From the NCBI RefSeq assembly GCF_009914755.1, contig NC_060937.1: 64,000 bases of DNA. One strand, given 5' to 3'. The stretch comes from the human T2T-CHM13v2.0 reference genome, Homo sapiens. Shown here piece by piece: positions 13,000 to 28,639 of the stretch. The notes beneath the pieces were generated by a model. That model saw only the letters and a list, made by a program, of their open reading frames with translations, was not told the origin of the DNA and did no database searches. The position numbers were made by a program, and so were the translations under genes. The number at the start of each line of letters is the position of its first letter. The first letter of the stretch is position 1.

Positions 13000-14325
13000 C
13001 AGTAACATAACAATTACCAAATCCAGAGGACCCTTTAATCCTTCTCTTACTTTACTACTAGGAGTCATTTGATTGCGTTGGCTACTTTCTAAAGCCTTTT
13101 CTTCTGCTGGCTTTAATAGCGACACTGTTTCCAAGACTCTAAGACTCATTCTATTCTTTTTTTTTTTTTTGAGACAGGGTCTCACTCTGTCACCCAGGCT
13201 GGAGTGGAATGGTGTGATCATGGCTCACTGCAGCCTCACCTCCTGGGCTCAAGCGACCCATCTCAGCCTCCCAAATAGTTGAGACTCCAGGTCTTTGCTG
13301 ACTCCAATTTCTCTGCCTTTTCCTTACATATTTGTTATTCTCTCCAGGATTTTTATCTTCGGCCTTATTCTTTCTCTAGTCCATAAACTCTCTAAGTAAC
13401 CTCAACCATTTTCATATCTTCCATTCTTGCATTTACATTAGATGTTTGGTTTCCAATTTTGCATGTTAAGTCCAATCCCATGTTAAAGCTCATAAACTAG
13501 GGAGTGAGAAAGTGATTAACTTTTCAGTTGTGTCTACCATTCCAGCCACCATAACACAAACAAATCAGTTCTCAGTTTCGCTCAATTTTACCTCCTTCAC
13601 ATTTCTTGTATCTGGTCTCTCCTGTCTAATTGCCACTCCTATTACTCTAGTGAAAACCCTAGCCACAGTCTGATTTTTAATAATAAGCTCCTAAATAGTT
13701 TTTTTCCCCTCCAGTTTTGCACAATCCATCTGGCTTTTCCTGCCAGATTGATTTTTCTAAAATGCAAATCTAATCACGTTTGCTCCTGTCTAAAACGCTT
13801 TAATGGCTCCCTGTTTACCACAGGATAAATAAAGACTCCTTAGCATGATACATGAGGCTCTCCTTGACCTGGTCTCTTCCCTTTAACTCCACATTCCTCT
13901 TTCCTCATTGTATTTTCTTTGCCCATTCCAGATCCCTTGCAGATCCCCTATTGTGAAAAGATGGTTCACATATGTGAAAAAAACTCTGTGCCTTTGTTTT
14001 GTCTTCTTAGCTACTTTCTCAGTTCTTCACACCCAGCCCCAACATTCACAAATACACACACAAATATCTCCAAATTGCCTAGGGAATGGTCACTAAGCAT
14101 TTAAAACTTACCTTAAATGTTACCTTTTCTCTCCAACTTTTCTGACATCTCTTTGATTATAAATGTATTTTTGCCCTCACCAAGCACACATTTTAAATTG
14201 ATATTTCTATGCCCAACTGTCTTAGGGGATTTTAAATTCCTCAACAGATTTCTTACCCATCGTAGTATTCCCCAAATATAGCGCCGTTCTTGGAAAATAA
14301 GTAGATCTGTAAAATAGTTAAGTGA
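13000..14325 (+). mobile_element. L2 LINE 3' portion (interrupted by Alu fragment)
   Basis: aaatgcaaatctaatcacg...taatggctccctg...acaggataaataaagactccttagcatg is a characteristic L2 motif. Confidence 0.7.
13157..13291 (-). mobile_element. AluJ right-arm fragment
   Basis: polyT-gagacagggtctcactctgtcacccaggctggagtggaatggtgtgatcatggctcactgcagcctc. Confidence 0.9.
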
Positions 14326-15016
14326 AGTTTTATTACTTGGCAACATGAAGCACTACAAAGCAAATACTTGCCTCTAACTGCAAGTTAGAAAGGATCCCTG
14401 TATTCAAATAACTATATGAAAATTGAGGAACATTAGAACTATTACCAAGCAAAATTAGATACTTTGTGAGCCTCATGGAAACTGAAATGAAGCTGGGTAG
14501 AATGAGGAAGAGGCCTTCAAACACCCAGAATATGTCCTGCTTCTCAGAACATGCTGTAACTGAATTCTCTTGAATTCAGATATTGTATTCATAAATCAGA
14601 ACACGGGAAAGTAAGGGGGAGAAGTATTATATTTTAATTGCAACTTGTAGCAAACTACTTCCATGTCTTTCATTCTATTCAACGTGTGCTAAATAACTTA
14701 GAATCATGCCACTGAAAAAATGCAAGAGAAAGAATAGCTAAGTCCGTTTATTTTGAACACTTTTCTTCAGTTCATTGTAAATGTATAAGTTAAACTTGAC
14801 CTAACTGAGAATAAGCCAAAAAAAAAAACCCTTGTGTATGCTCAAACATCTGTGGCACTCCTGAATTGTCATGGCTATTCTTACTTACTACAGGTGAAAT
14901 TATGTAAGACTCAGGCTAGATTTTAATTCTGAAAAATAAAATGAATGAATGAAATAAAATAAATATAACATAAATAAAATAAATGTAACAAATAAATAAA
15001 TAAAATATAACATGAA

Positions 15017-15290
15017 CACACACACATATGTGTGTATATATGTATATATGTGTATATATACAATGTAAGTGCAAACTTGAGATTACAAGATATGTGTGTG
15101 TTATATACAGACATATATATATGTATAGACGTGTTATATACAGACATATATGTGTATAGATGTGTTATATACACACACATATATGTGTATATATGTGTTA
15201 CATACACACACATTATATATGTGTTATATACACACACATATATATATGTGTGTGTTATATACACACACATATATATATGTGTGTGTTATG
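15017..15290. repeat. Compound (TA)/(CA)/(TG) minisatellite, unit about tgtgttatatacacacacatatata
   Basis: About 7 degenerate 26-30 bp units read directly. Confidence 0.9.
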
Positions 15291-16609
15291 ACCTAGATAA
15301 TTATCAACTGTTTATTCTTATTTGTTTTTACCCAGTCTTCTAACTTTTGTCTGGATGTGCATCTTCAGATCTAGACAGATACTCAGACTGACCCTAGAAT
15401 GGAAAATTAACTATCATTTACTCTGATAAATTAAACACTTTGCCATGTACTGTCAATAGGTAGGAATGCCTTCAGAAAGCAGTCTGCTTTGTCAGCAAGT
15501 AGTGGTTTATTGCTATTCCCTTCTAATTTCCCTGTGGGCAAGTGCAAACTTGAGATTACAAGACAAACCGTCAGGTGTCAGATTGTTCATCTTCCTCTTC
15601 AGCTATCTCCTTTGTCCTCATTAACTCGCTCACCTGTCTATGGGAGAAACATTGCCTTGTCTCCTCGAAGTGCAGCATGTGAGTAATTTTTTAAAGATAT
15701 ATTACCCATGGACATACTTAGAGAAAGTCCTCTTTATTACTTTATATTATATTTTATCAACATTACCCATTAGAAAAAAATGCAAAAAGGATGACTGCCT
15801 TTTAGGAAGTAGTATAGCTAAAGAGGTGCATTTCACTTTCCCTTGATATTTTTTATTTCCATATGATGAAAGTAAATAACTTGGAGTGAAAAGAAAAAGG
15901 ATGTAGATTTGTATGAGGTCAGAGATGAAGAGGGTCCTCCTGTGGCATATATGAAGATGGGCCAGGAAATATTTGCAGACAAGGAATGTAGACATCATAA
16001 TTAGAGAATGCAATGTTTATTCTTATCAGTTCAAAAAATTGGCTCAGGTCTCCATCTGACAACTACCCAAAGCTTGTGACACAAGAATTGTGTTTGTTTT
16101 ATATGCCCGGGTAACATAGATATTCCATTCTGTATTGCATTCAGTTTTCTGAATCCTACGTTTTCTAATATTACATCAATCAATCAATTCAATGAATGTA
16201 TTGAAGACTTAATTGGATGGGACAGATGATAGAAACAGCACATATACCTTTCTTACAGAGCAGAATTCAGGATTCTGATAATAGGGCAAGGAAGACCCAA
16301 AGGGATAATTCAGATGCAAAATAATTCAATGGCAATGCAAGAAGTTGTATTGTAATTTCTATCTATAATTAATTTTATCTAAAACTAATTTTTAAATATT
16401 AAGCCAACTTAAATTTAAGTTTTTAACAACTTCCCTAAAGATCTATTGGAAATAAATGACAGCAGATATTTTAAATAGAAAATCGCTTCAACGTTCAAGA
16501 ACACACATGAATTTTAAATATTTTCTATATATATTACATAATTGTGTTTTACATATTTACATACACAAACAATAGAATTGTTTGACATAGTGGTTTAGCT
16601 GGCATAAAA

Positions 16610-16850
16610 TGATAATACATTACTCAGGAGCGTAGACTTTGGAGTCAGGATGATCTGAGTTTGAATCCTGGCTGTTATTTACAAACTATCACCTTGGGCA
16701 AGTAATTTAATCTTGTTTTGTTTTAGTTCCCTTCTTCCATTATTTTTTAAAATTGTAGTAGTAATATCTATATCACAGGCATGTTTTGAGAATTAACTTA
16801 GAAAACCCATAAAGAAATAGCTACCGTAATGCCTAGCACACAAAAAGTAG
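16610..16850 (+). mobile_element. MIR SINE
   Basis: gagcgtagactttggagtcagg...gagtttgaatcctggct...accttgggcaagtaatttaa core MIR motif. Confidence 0.85.
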
Positions 16851-17395
16851 TTATTTTGATCCTGCCATGCAAAACATTATGAAAACTGATTAAATTAATC
16901 AAGAATTGGAATGCAGGAAAATTACTCTGCTGCTTCTAAGATGCTGACCATTGAAAATCACGGCAGTGAATTCCTATACACTTCTATGACAGAGGCCACA
17001 TATTTGTTCCTCAACTCTTTGGCAGCCACAGTTACCCAAGGAAAACTAGAATAATCTTTCTCTAACCCCAGTCAGACCCCTGGTTTAAAAAGAAAAATTA
17101 TATCAAATTATATCACAGCCTCGAAGGATGTATGTGAGCATGGTAATACTGGATTTTGATGGTGAGATAACATATGCCAAATAGATTATCTAGAAAATTC
17201 AGATCATATGGTTACTTCATTAGACAAAGGCTGCTTTATTTGGCTTCAGAAGCCGGTTGAATAAGTGATTAAAAATAATGGTTAAATATTTGAGAAACAG
17301 ACACAGTTTCTTTCCTTAAAATTTATGTTTCTCTTTTATAAAAGATATTATAAAATGACTATAAAGTAATTATACTTACCTATTTTAGAGAGAAC

Positions 17396-17508
17396 TTTCC
17401 TTCCTGCCTGCCTTCCTTCCTTCCTTCCTTCCTTCCTTCCTTCCTTCCTTCCTTCCTTCTTTCCTCCCTCCCTCCCTTTCTCTCTCCCTCCCTCTCTCTC
17501 TCTCTCCT
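17396..17508. repeat. (TTCC)n/(CT)n polypyrimidine microsatellite (H-DNA prone)
   Basis: Direct reading. Confidence 0.95.
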
Positions 17509-17689
17509 ACCTAATCCTCTTTTTATATAGAAAAGTGAGGGGCCACTCTTCACATAATACTGTCTGTTATCATTGCCTAGACTAACAAAGTAAATGCTCA
17601 ATTGTTTCTTTTTTTTTCACTCTTATCACTGGGAGTTCTTTATCAGAGAGTCAGGCAACATAATATTTTAGAAATATGCATTATACTAT

Positions 17690-18070
17690 AACACCCTGGT
17701 TACCATGGCACCAGAATAAAATCCAAACTCTTCATCATAGCTTACGTGGTTCTACACAACTGAACTTTGCCCATCACTGACACTCCTGGGTACCTGTCTC
17801 CCATTTTCTTGCTACTGTCCCATAGAGAGTTAGGTCCTCTAAATCTCAAAGTGTATTTCTAACTCTGGGCCTTTGTCCTTGCTATGTTCTCTTCCTGCAG
17901 TTTTCCTCTAAGGGTCTCTGTGTGACTGGTTCTATCTCCCCTTGCAGATATGCTCACATTCAGTTCCTCAGAGAAGCTTCCCTACCTAGAAACATAATCT
18001 AAAGGAGTTCCCCATGTACACACAACCTTGTGTTATTTCCTTCACAACATTTATGATAATCTCATTAACT
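17690..18070 (+). mobile_element. L2 fragment
   Basis: cagaataaaatccaaactcttcatcatagcttac; ctgggcctttgtccttgctatgttctcttcctg. Confidence 0.7.
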
Positions 18071-19094
18071 TTTAAATGTATATATTAGTTAATCCAAAAC
18101 TCAAAATCTTCTGTCTTGTATACTTGTATATTGATGCTCTGAGAGAAAGTTATTAGATTTATCTCTCTTTAAATATTCTGAAATTATGCATGTGGAAACA
18201 CTTGGTATTGTTACCTGCTATTAATCTCAAATGATACTAATACAAATACATGCACACAGCACATACACCACACACTGACACACCCACCCACACACACACC
18301 TCACGTATAGCCAATCTATAAGATCTTTTTCTTCCTAAGAGTCACTTAAATTTAAATTACATTATATTTTTAAAATAAATAAATGTAAGTATTTATTGTA
18401 TTCCTGATCATGGACTCAACATTAAGTGCATTTCAGTAGTTACTAAGAGTATAACATGGAAACAAAATTAAACTATAAATTCTGGCATTGCATAAATCAC
18501 TGGATACATAGTTATTTTGGCTCTGAAGTCTATACCCTCATGCACACAAACAAAAGTCATTAGATGATACCTGTTGTTAATAGGCTATTTTATTTTATTA
18601 GATTATGCTTCTTGAATCCCTAGTAATTCAACTAATTGTGTGTTACAATAAAGTTTGCCCTAGAATGGGATGCATATTCCACACCTACCTTTTTCCTATG
18701 ACTTTTATGTTTCACTCCTCTGATTTTGGATCAATCTTATGCCAAAGTCTTATTCCAAGACTTAATGCCAAACTTATGCCAAAGACAAAGTTTTCTTAAC
18801 CATCCTTCTCTTCTTATCCTGTTGAATCAACATTTGGACTATGTCTGCATCTTTTTGAATATCACCTACACAGTTCCCTCTTGTGCTAAATAAAGAAACT
18901 CTGGATCTTGTAGTGAAATCAATTCAGCATCAGTATAAGGAAAGGAGGTATGTTTAATTACATACCAGGGCTTATCCACAATATTACAGAAGCCTGATGA
19001 AACATACAATCAAACTTTCAAGTTTGTCTTGGCTGAGTCACCAGCCCCAAAGAGGTATTTTCCTTGTTTTTCTATGAAACTTCACAATTGACTG

Positions 19095-19215
19095 ACTAAT
19101 ATTTTGAGGACAGGGAAACACAGCCTTATTCATTTGTTAAAATTCCAAACAATTTCTCCATCACGGCGCAGCACTAGGCACTCACTAATGCTCAACCAAT
19201 GATTTATAATTAATA
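19095..19215 (+). mobile_element. L2 3' terminal fragment
   Basis: ttgaggacagggaaac...cagcactaggcactcactaatgctcaaccaatg. Confidence 0.45.
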
Positions 19216-21173
19216 TACAATGAGACACCACACTATTGTAAAATTTTTATATATAAATGTGGTGTCAGTACATTTATGACAAACCTGGACATTTCTTTCT
19301 CCATAACACAGAAACAAACAGAATGTCTGTCCTAACCCATGCAATACCTGCAGTGTAGGTCATATTATAATGAAATGAGTTTTTATCACTTCCCAACTGA
19401 GCTCATTACTCCATTTAGGTAGATCAAATTGCTTATCTTGACAGAGATTTGATTACCAATTAACTGTAGAATAAGCCAACAAAAATGAAGGGATGGAAAA
19501 TGCATTGAAGTTTACTGAGACATCTTTATTAAATATGGAGGTCTGCAGCATAAATACTCCCAAAAAAATTGTTTTTCAAAAATGTTATAGATGCCACATG
19601 AGGTGGTAATGGTATTTTTGACAAAATAGGAAATCTTAGTAGCTCTGTAGTGAAACTTAAGGTGACCTTGTAAATAGCTGACATAAGCCATTTAATAAAA
19701 CTCAGATTTTCTGACATTGTTTACTTTTGCCACAATTTGACACTGAGTTGCATCAAGTCAAATGAAACTTTGTGAACAGCCATCCTTCAAACATTAAATT
19801 CCATCCTTTTTCCCTGCCTCCCAGGGCGTGGAATAGCTGCTTACCCTCTCCTGTTTGTAGGTTTCTTTGTCGGGTTGCAAACTGGGATGGATACCTTCTG
19901 ACTTTCACAGCTCTCCAGACTTTATTATATCAGTGGTAGCCCTCAGAAAACAAATATTTCCCTATTAGGTCTAATAAAGTTAGCAAAGAGTGTTAGGATT
20001 AAACGTTTCCAAGACTTAATTTGTTGTAAGTTTTCCCACATGTGGCTTAGGAGACAGCTTCTGAAATGGCAGCTCCAGGGCTGATTCTCCAAATCCCAGG
20101 AGGAAGTTAGTGCAGCATCTGCAGTCTAAATTATTTTGGCTCCACCAGCTGCATGCCCTTTACGAAGTGATTGTCTGATGTGTGGCTACTTGGTTTTATC
20201 AAACAAGTACTGCTTTCTGGAAACTTTCAAAATGGTAATGAGTCTCCAGGACCTAAAACAACTTAATAAATTGAAATTCTACATTTGTTCCAGCTTCTAA
20301 AAAGCCCATGATTTTATGTTTTTAAGTCTTGAAAATATTAGAGCAAAACTACAAAATATCTACATCCCAGGTAACTCTGAAGAGCTGAATGTGTATGAAA
20401 TAAGTATTGGAAAGTAGTCCCCTAAGAAGAGTTACTGATAAAGCTTCAGAAAAGACTTTTCTTCTTGTACTTGCCTGATGGATGCAAATCAAATTCCTTG
20501 ACCTTAGGAGAGTGATCATAAAATGTAATCAAAGTTTCCAGATCGAAAGGTGCTCTAAATGGTTCAGTAAGCAGCTGCATCAATGCTATAAAGCATCATG
20601 ACTGCTAACATAGGTCATGTTTCAGGAAAACAAGATGAAAACCTTTTGCTTTTAAAAGAAATTTGGTCAAGTCCCAGGAAAAGAATGACAGCTATATTTA
20701 TACGGCCTCCAACCTCAAGGAACTTCCAGCAATTTGCAGGTTTTTAATGTCATTAACCTCCAGGGTATTTCTGTTTCATGTGTTTAAAAGCTGGTTGCAA
20801 GTACTATCATAACACTTTCCAAATAAGAAGTCTGCAGTGTTACATATCTACCAACTTATCTCAAAGTTAGAAATCAAATACTGGTATAGGTTTTCAAGTA
20901 TGATCTTATTTTTTCCTTGCAGGAAATTCAGCATATTTTGAACACTGGGAAGAAAGAGTCCTTAAACTTACTGTTGAACAAAAAGAGCAATCCGCAACAT
21001 GAAAACCAATCAGTAGCACACTTGAGTACATAAACTTAAAATTACCAATTCTTTAAAAGATTACAAGAATGTAACTGTCTACTCTTTTGGTGCTTCAAAT
21101 CTGTATTCATTTGAATCTAATATCTTTAATTTTAAATTCCTGTCTGAATGTGTCTGAGTCTATCCACGTTGAA

Positions 21174-21204
<31 letters not shown>

Positions 21205-21217
21205 TGTATGTGTATGT

Positions 21218-21249
<32 letters not shown>
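21174..21249. repeat. (TG)n microsatellite, interrupted
   Basis: Direct reading. Confidence 0.95.
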
Positions 21250-21251
<2 letters not shown>

Positions 21252-21666
21252 AAGAGAGAGAGATCTAAAGAGAGGGGTTTTATTAAACAAATTTCCTATA
21301 TAGAGTTTGCAACTACATTCCCTCTACCTTCCCACAAAATGTGAGGGATTATGCCAGAAAGAGGCTAAATTACAGGTTGTATTTTAGAATATTTTTCAAA
21401 CTCTAGTAGAAGACAGTGTGTGACTTATTATAGGGGGAATATTATAATTCATCAAGTTTATTGGACGAAGTATTGAAGGAACCCCATAACAGGGCAGAGT
21501 GGTCAAATGTGGCAGTGAGGATATTACTGGTTCTTTCTCAAGGAGACAAAGGTAAAATAACTCATTTTGCTAGCCTCTTACATATTATCAATTAAAGTTG
21601 AAAAACCATTATATTCTTACTGAGCACCAAAACAAACCAAGAAATATACTATAAATTAAAGTTATA

Positions 21667-21948
21667 GGCCGAGCACGGTGGCTCACGCCTGTAATCCCAG
21701 TACTTTGGGAGGCCAAGGCAGGCGGATCATGAGGTCAGGAGATTGAGTCCATCCTGGCCAACATGGTGAAACTCCGTCTCTACTAAAAATATAAAAATTA
21801 GCCGGGCATGGTGGTGCATGCCTGTAATCCCAGCTACTCGGGAGGCTGAGGCAGGAGAATCATTTGAACCAGGGAGTCGCAGGGATTTCAGATTGCACCA
21901 CCAGCCACAGAGGGAGACTTTGTCTCCAAAAAAAAAAAAAAAAAAAAA
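21667..21948 (+). mobile_element. AluS (AluSc-like) with a degraded right arm
   Basis: ggccgagcacggtggctcacgcctgtaatcccag...gatcatgaggtcaggagattgag; polyA tail; imperfect TSD aaagttata/aaagatata. Confidence 0.95.
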
Positions 21949-22059
21949 GATATAAAGAGAATTAAATAAGGGGAGTACCCTCAAGGAACACAAAGAGAAA
22001 ATCATGTAATCAATTACAATGTTATCTTAAGTACTATCATAAGAAAAGAAATAGAGAAT

Positions 22060-22466
22060 TGTGGTATGGGCTGAATTGTGTCCCCCATTCTCAAAAAAAA
22101 AAGAAAAAAAGTGTGATGAACTCCTAACCCCACTGTGACTTTGAGATAGAGCCTTAAAGAAAGTAGTTAAGGTTAAATGAGGTCACAAGGATGAAGCCCT
22201 AATACAATAGGACTAATGTCCTTATGAAAAGAGGAAGTGATACCGAGTATGTACACACAGAAAAAAAAAAAAAGGCCACTTGACAACACAGAAAGATGGT
22301 GGCTGTTTGCAAGCCAAGAAGGAAGGGCTCACCAGAAACCAATGCTATTGCTGCCCTGATCCTACACTTTTAGCCTCCAAAACTGAGAGATGGTAAATTT
22401 CTGTCTTTTAAGACACCCTCACCCTATCTGCGGTATTCTGTATGGCAACTCAAGCTGACTAAGATA
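22060..22466 (+). mobile_element. MLT1 (MLT1A/B-like) solo LTR
   Basis: tgtggtatgggctgaattgtgtccccc...gttaaggttaaatgaggtcac...gtccttatgaaaagagg...gctgactaaga. Confidence 0.9.
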
Positions 22467-22470
22467 GATG

Positions 22471-22502
<32 letters not shown>

Positions 22503-22525
22503 ATAGATAGATAGATAGATACAGA
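22463..22525. repeat. (GATA)n tetranucleotide STR abutting the LTR 3' end
   Basis: Direct reading. Confidence 0.95.
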
Positions 22526-22984
22526 TAATTGATTAATATATATTTACAAAAACAGAGTAAATAATAAGAAATTCTTTCTATAGATATGACAGAAAGTTGC
22601 AGAGAAGAGCAAACACTTGAATTATGTCTTAAAAGATAAATTAGAAAGTGTGACAAGTATAGTACTTTCACAATTTTGTGTTTATGTTTTCCTGAAAATA
22701 AGTAATTACCACAATTTTAAAGAAAGGACCTTGCTTTTCCATTCTTATAAATTTTACTCTGTTTTTACTGCACACCTTGCTCCATACTCCATATATTGTG
22801 TCAATTTCTTTCAAACAAAAACTCTTCATTTGGATCCAAACCTCCCTGTTTGTTATTGTTGAGTTTTCAAATACTGCTCTTCCCCTTACCTATATTTGCA
22901 GTGGAAACCTGCAACTTGGGTCTTCTTTCTATTCCAGAAAAATAATTATTTCAGTCCTGTTGGCACTACCAGTACAATAACTAC

Positions 22985-23205
22985 TACTAAATTTATATGT
23001 CTATCAGTACAGTAGTTCCATGCATGTAATTGTGTTAATTACCTAAAACAATGCAATCATGCAAATGTCTTTACTCAGATTTCAAATTGAAAAAAAATTA
23101 AGGTTCAGAGAGGTTGAATCATTTGCCAAAGTTCCTCAGTCACTATTAGGTTTGGTAACTAAGACACTAAATAATAGCTTCTGATTTTAAAGCCAGATTT
23201 CTTCT
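22985..23205 (-). mobile_element. MIR SINE
   Basis: aaattaaggttcagagaggttgaatcatttgccaaagttcctcag = antisense MIR core. Confidence 0.75.
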
Positions 23206-23229
23206 AATGGGTACTTACCATTTGGGAGC

Positions 23230-23750
23230 TAATGGCCAGCATGCATTTACTCTATTTTTTCTTTAGAGCCCATGATCTCAGTTTAGCAACACCTGTCTCC
23301 AGTTCTCAGTTTGTGTCTTTGAATGGAAGCCAATCTAGGCTTAGGTCATTCTGTGTGTTCTTTTTATCTAGTTTCAGAGATTCATTTAAAAATGGCCACA
23401 TGAGGCTCATTTATTGTTAAACGTGGGGACTTTACTGGAATATCTTGAAGTGATGTTTGTTCTGTTCCTCTAAACTAGAGCCAAGAGAGAATAAAATGGA
23501 AACTGCAGCATCTATCTCATCACTATGCATAGCATGAAAAGGAAACCAACACAGGACACAGGGAGGAAAGTCAAGCCTAACAAAGTGGCAGTGAAATTGA
23601 GCCCTGAAGGCATCATTTGATCAATTAATCTGTTTGGATCTGATGCCACTAAATCACATGAATTCATATGAATCAAAAACATTCCCTTTTTTGGTTAAGC
23701 CAGTTTGAGTTGGCATTTATACTAATCATAACCTAGAATGCTAACTGAAA
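23230..23750 (+). mobile_element. Old MaLR LTR (MLT1J/K-like)
   Basis: 3' end aacattcccttttttggttaagccagtttgagttgg...tgctaactga typical of MLT1H-K. Confidence 0.65.
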
Positions 23751-23803
23751 AAGTTTTACTCTAAACCAACTCTCTAGAGGCAACTTGTAGACTGACATCT
23801 ATG

Positions 23804-26478
<2,675 letters not shown>

Positions 26479-27074
26479 TATTACTCCATGAATGTGTATT
26501 TGAGTTATGAGCTTCCTTATGAAGAACAGTAACTCATAACCATGATTACAGGGTTAGCATCTCAAAGTTGTGTTGGAAAACCTGCTTATTTGGGAGATAG
26601 ACATTAAGTAAAATGTTGCCACATAAAAGAGAAGTGTACAATTAAAAGCAAGACAGTATGGTCTAGGATGAAATGAGAAATTACATTAGGAATAGACTTC
26701 CTTACAAAGACAAAAGAGAAGAAAACTGGCTAAAAACTCAAAATGAATAAACTGAGAGAAGGATGCTCAAGAAAAGAAAAATTCTGATTGTCAAAAATTT
26801 ACAGTGTGAAAGTCCAAAAGAAACTGTCCTATTTGCTGTCATAAGTGGCTACTGGAAGGGCAGTTGCAACCTCACAGTAGAACTGGTGAAACTGTTGTCT
26901 ACTTTTGATGGGAAACAGGGAGCAAACTATATATACTATGGCAGGGACTATGGAGCACACTGCTGAGAGCTATCTGTGTCCCACACCTCAGATTAAAGCA
27001 GCAACAGAGGAGTCCTGAAGGCTAACAATGATACAACCCAAGTCTCCAAGGAAAGACCTCACTGGGAATAAATT

Positions 27075-27172
27075 GGCCATTCATCTTTGTTTTTCAGTGC
27101 CTAGGATAATGCCAGACACAATACTGACTCAGCAATTTTATTCAACCAAATAAAAAAATGTGGAATGAATGG
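27075..27172 (+). mobile_element. L2 3' tail fragment
   Basis: ttcatctttgtttttcagtgcctaggataatgccagacacaatactgactcag...gaatgaatg. Confidence 0.6.
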
Positions 27173-28259
27173 AGGACTCCATTTATTTAAAGCTTTTAAA
27201 GGGCTTAAAAGAAAAAAAAAATCAAGCATGTAATCAGGACCAAAAGCAGGAAACTTGTTACCTAGACTTATTACCTAAAAAAGGAATGCTCATAGAAAGA
27301 AATTAATAAATGGTAAGAGGCATGGCAAGAATGGCCACCTTTAAGGATTCATGTAGTGTCTTAAACCTACACTCAGGTAAGTTTTTAAGATAATACCCTA
27401 CATGCATGCAAATTTTATTATGAACTGCCTCACACTGTAGAATGAATTAGTTCTTAATTTAAAATGATTAACTATCCCAGTCTATTTTGAACTACGTGGA
27501 GGAATTCAAGGTACCAATGAGGCAAGAAAGGCCAACATCTCAGAGAAATGCTGGGATTCTGAGGCCATGGTTTCTAACCATTACTTCAAGCGATAGAAAG
27601 TTAAAGTGCAGAAGTAGATAAAAGAATCCTGTTGAAAAAGCACAATGACCATAAACTGCCTGGTTTTGTTTATTTGTTTGGGTTTTTTTCATATAATAAA
27701 TTAAAAAGAATATCTAACCTGCCTAAGAAAACAAACTGTTTTCAAGAATTTTATTTGGGCTATTTCCATACACATATAATAATATGCTAATTTTAAATGA
27801 GTCTCAGCTTTTCACTTAAACATGCCAGCAGGAAGTCTACTTGGCAATACTTTCTTGGATGTTTTGCCAATTACTGTATGTACTTGAAAACAACAAAACT
27901 GCTTTCTATAAAAAGCATCATATAATTCAAACTTTTCAATGATCCAGAAGAGTTTCCATCTCAATTACTGTGAGTGTGTAAAATTTTACTATATTCTTTC
28001 TACAACAATTTGGAGCCCTACTGTCGTCTCAGGAAAGAATTCTAGAAACCTTAAATGGGGGATGCTGGATTTTGCGAAAACCTTTTCCCTTGCCTCCAAA
28101 GACAATGATTGGCAAATCCAAATGGTTTCCCCTGCATGTGCTGTTCTGACCCATTCCTCTGTGGGGACGCCTTGACATTTTTGAAATGAGTTAGTGCTGC
28201 CATCTTCTAGCCCCAATACTTTCCATTTATTAAACACTAACAACATATTACAAACATAA

Positions 28260-28420
28260 GGATACTATCTTATTTAAAAGTTCTTTTGCACTTATCCTCA
28301 AGTATGGAAGAAGACGTTGATAAGCAGATGGGTTGAATAACACACTTAGTCACACAATTGGTCAATGAGAGAGTTATAATTCAATCCCAGGCCAATGTGG
28401 CTCTAAATTTGTTATTTAGA
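28260..28420 (-). mobile_element. MIR fragment (interrupted by MER58A)
   Basis: gggttgaataacacacttagtcacacaattggtcaatgagagagttataattcaatcccagg. Confidence 0.6.
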
Positions 28421-28421
28421 G

Positions 28422-28639
28422 CAGAGCGCTGTAAATATATTGCCCCACTTGCTTTTATAAATAAAGTTTTATTGGAATTCATCCATGGCTACGTGTTTAT
28501 GTATTGTCTGTGGCTGCTTTTGTACTACGAGAGCAGAGTTGAGTAGCTGCAACAGAGACCATAGGATGCACAAAACCAAAAAGATTTAATAACTGGTCCT
28601 TTACAGAAAACAACAATAACAAAAAACTTGCCAACTCTG
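28422..28639 (+). mobile_element. MER58A hAT-Charlie MITE
   Basis: aataaagttttattggaa...gtattgtctgtggctgcttt...gcagagttgagtagctgcaacagagacc...cctttacagaaaa...ttgccaactctg. Confidence 0.9.

Noticed and set aside
14923-15343. ORFs of 115 and 103 aa; regular repeat resembling an array with a spacer
   Set aside because: Minisatellite translations; units are degenerate dinucleotide repeats, not CRISPR-like, and the DNA is primate
19223-19266. gacaccaca...tgtggtgtc inverted repeat
   Set aside because: Only 9-bp arms with a long spacer; compatible with chance
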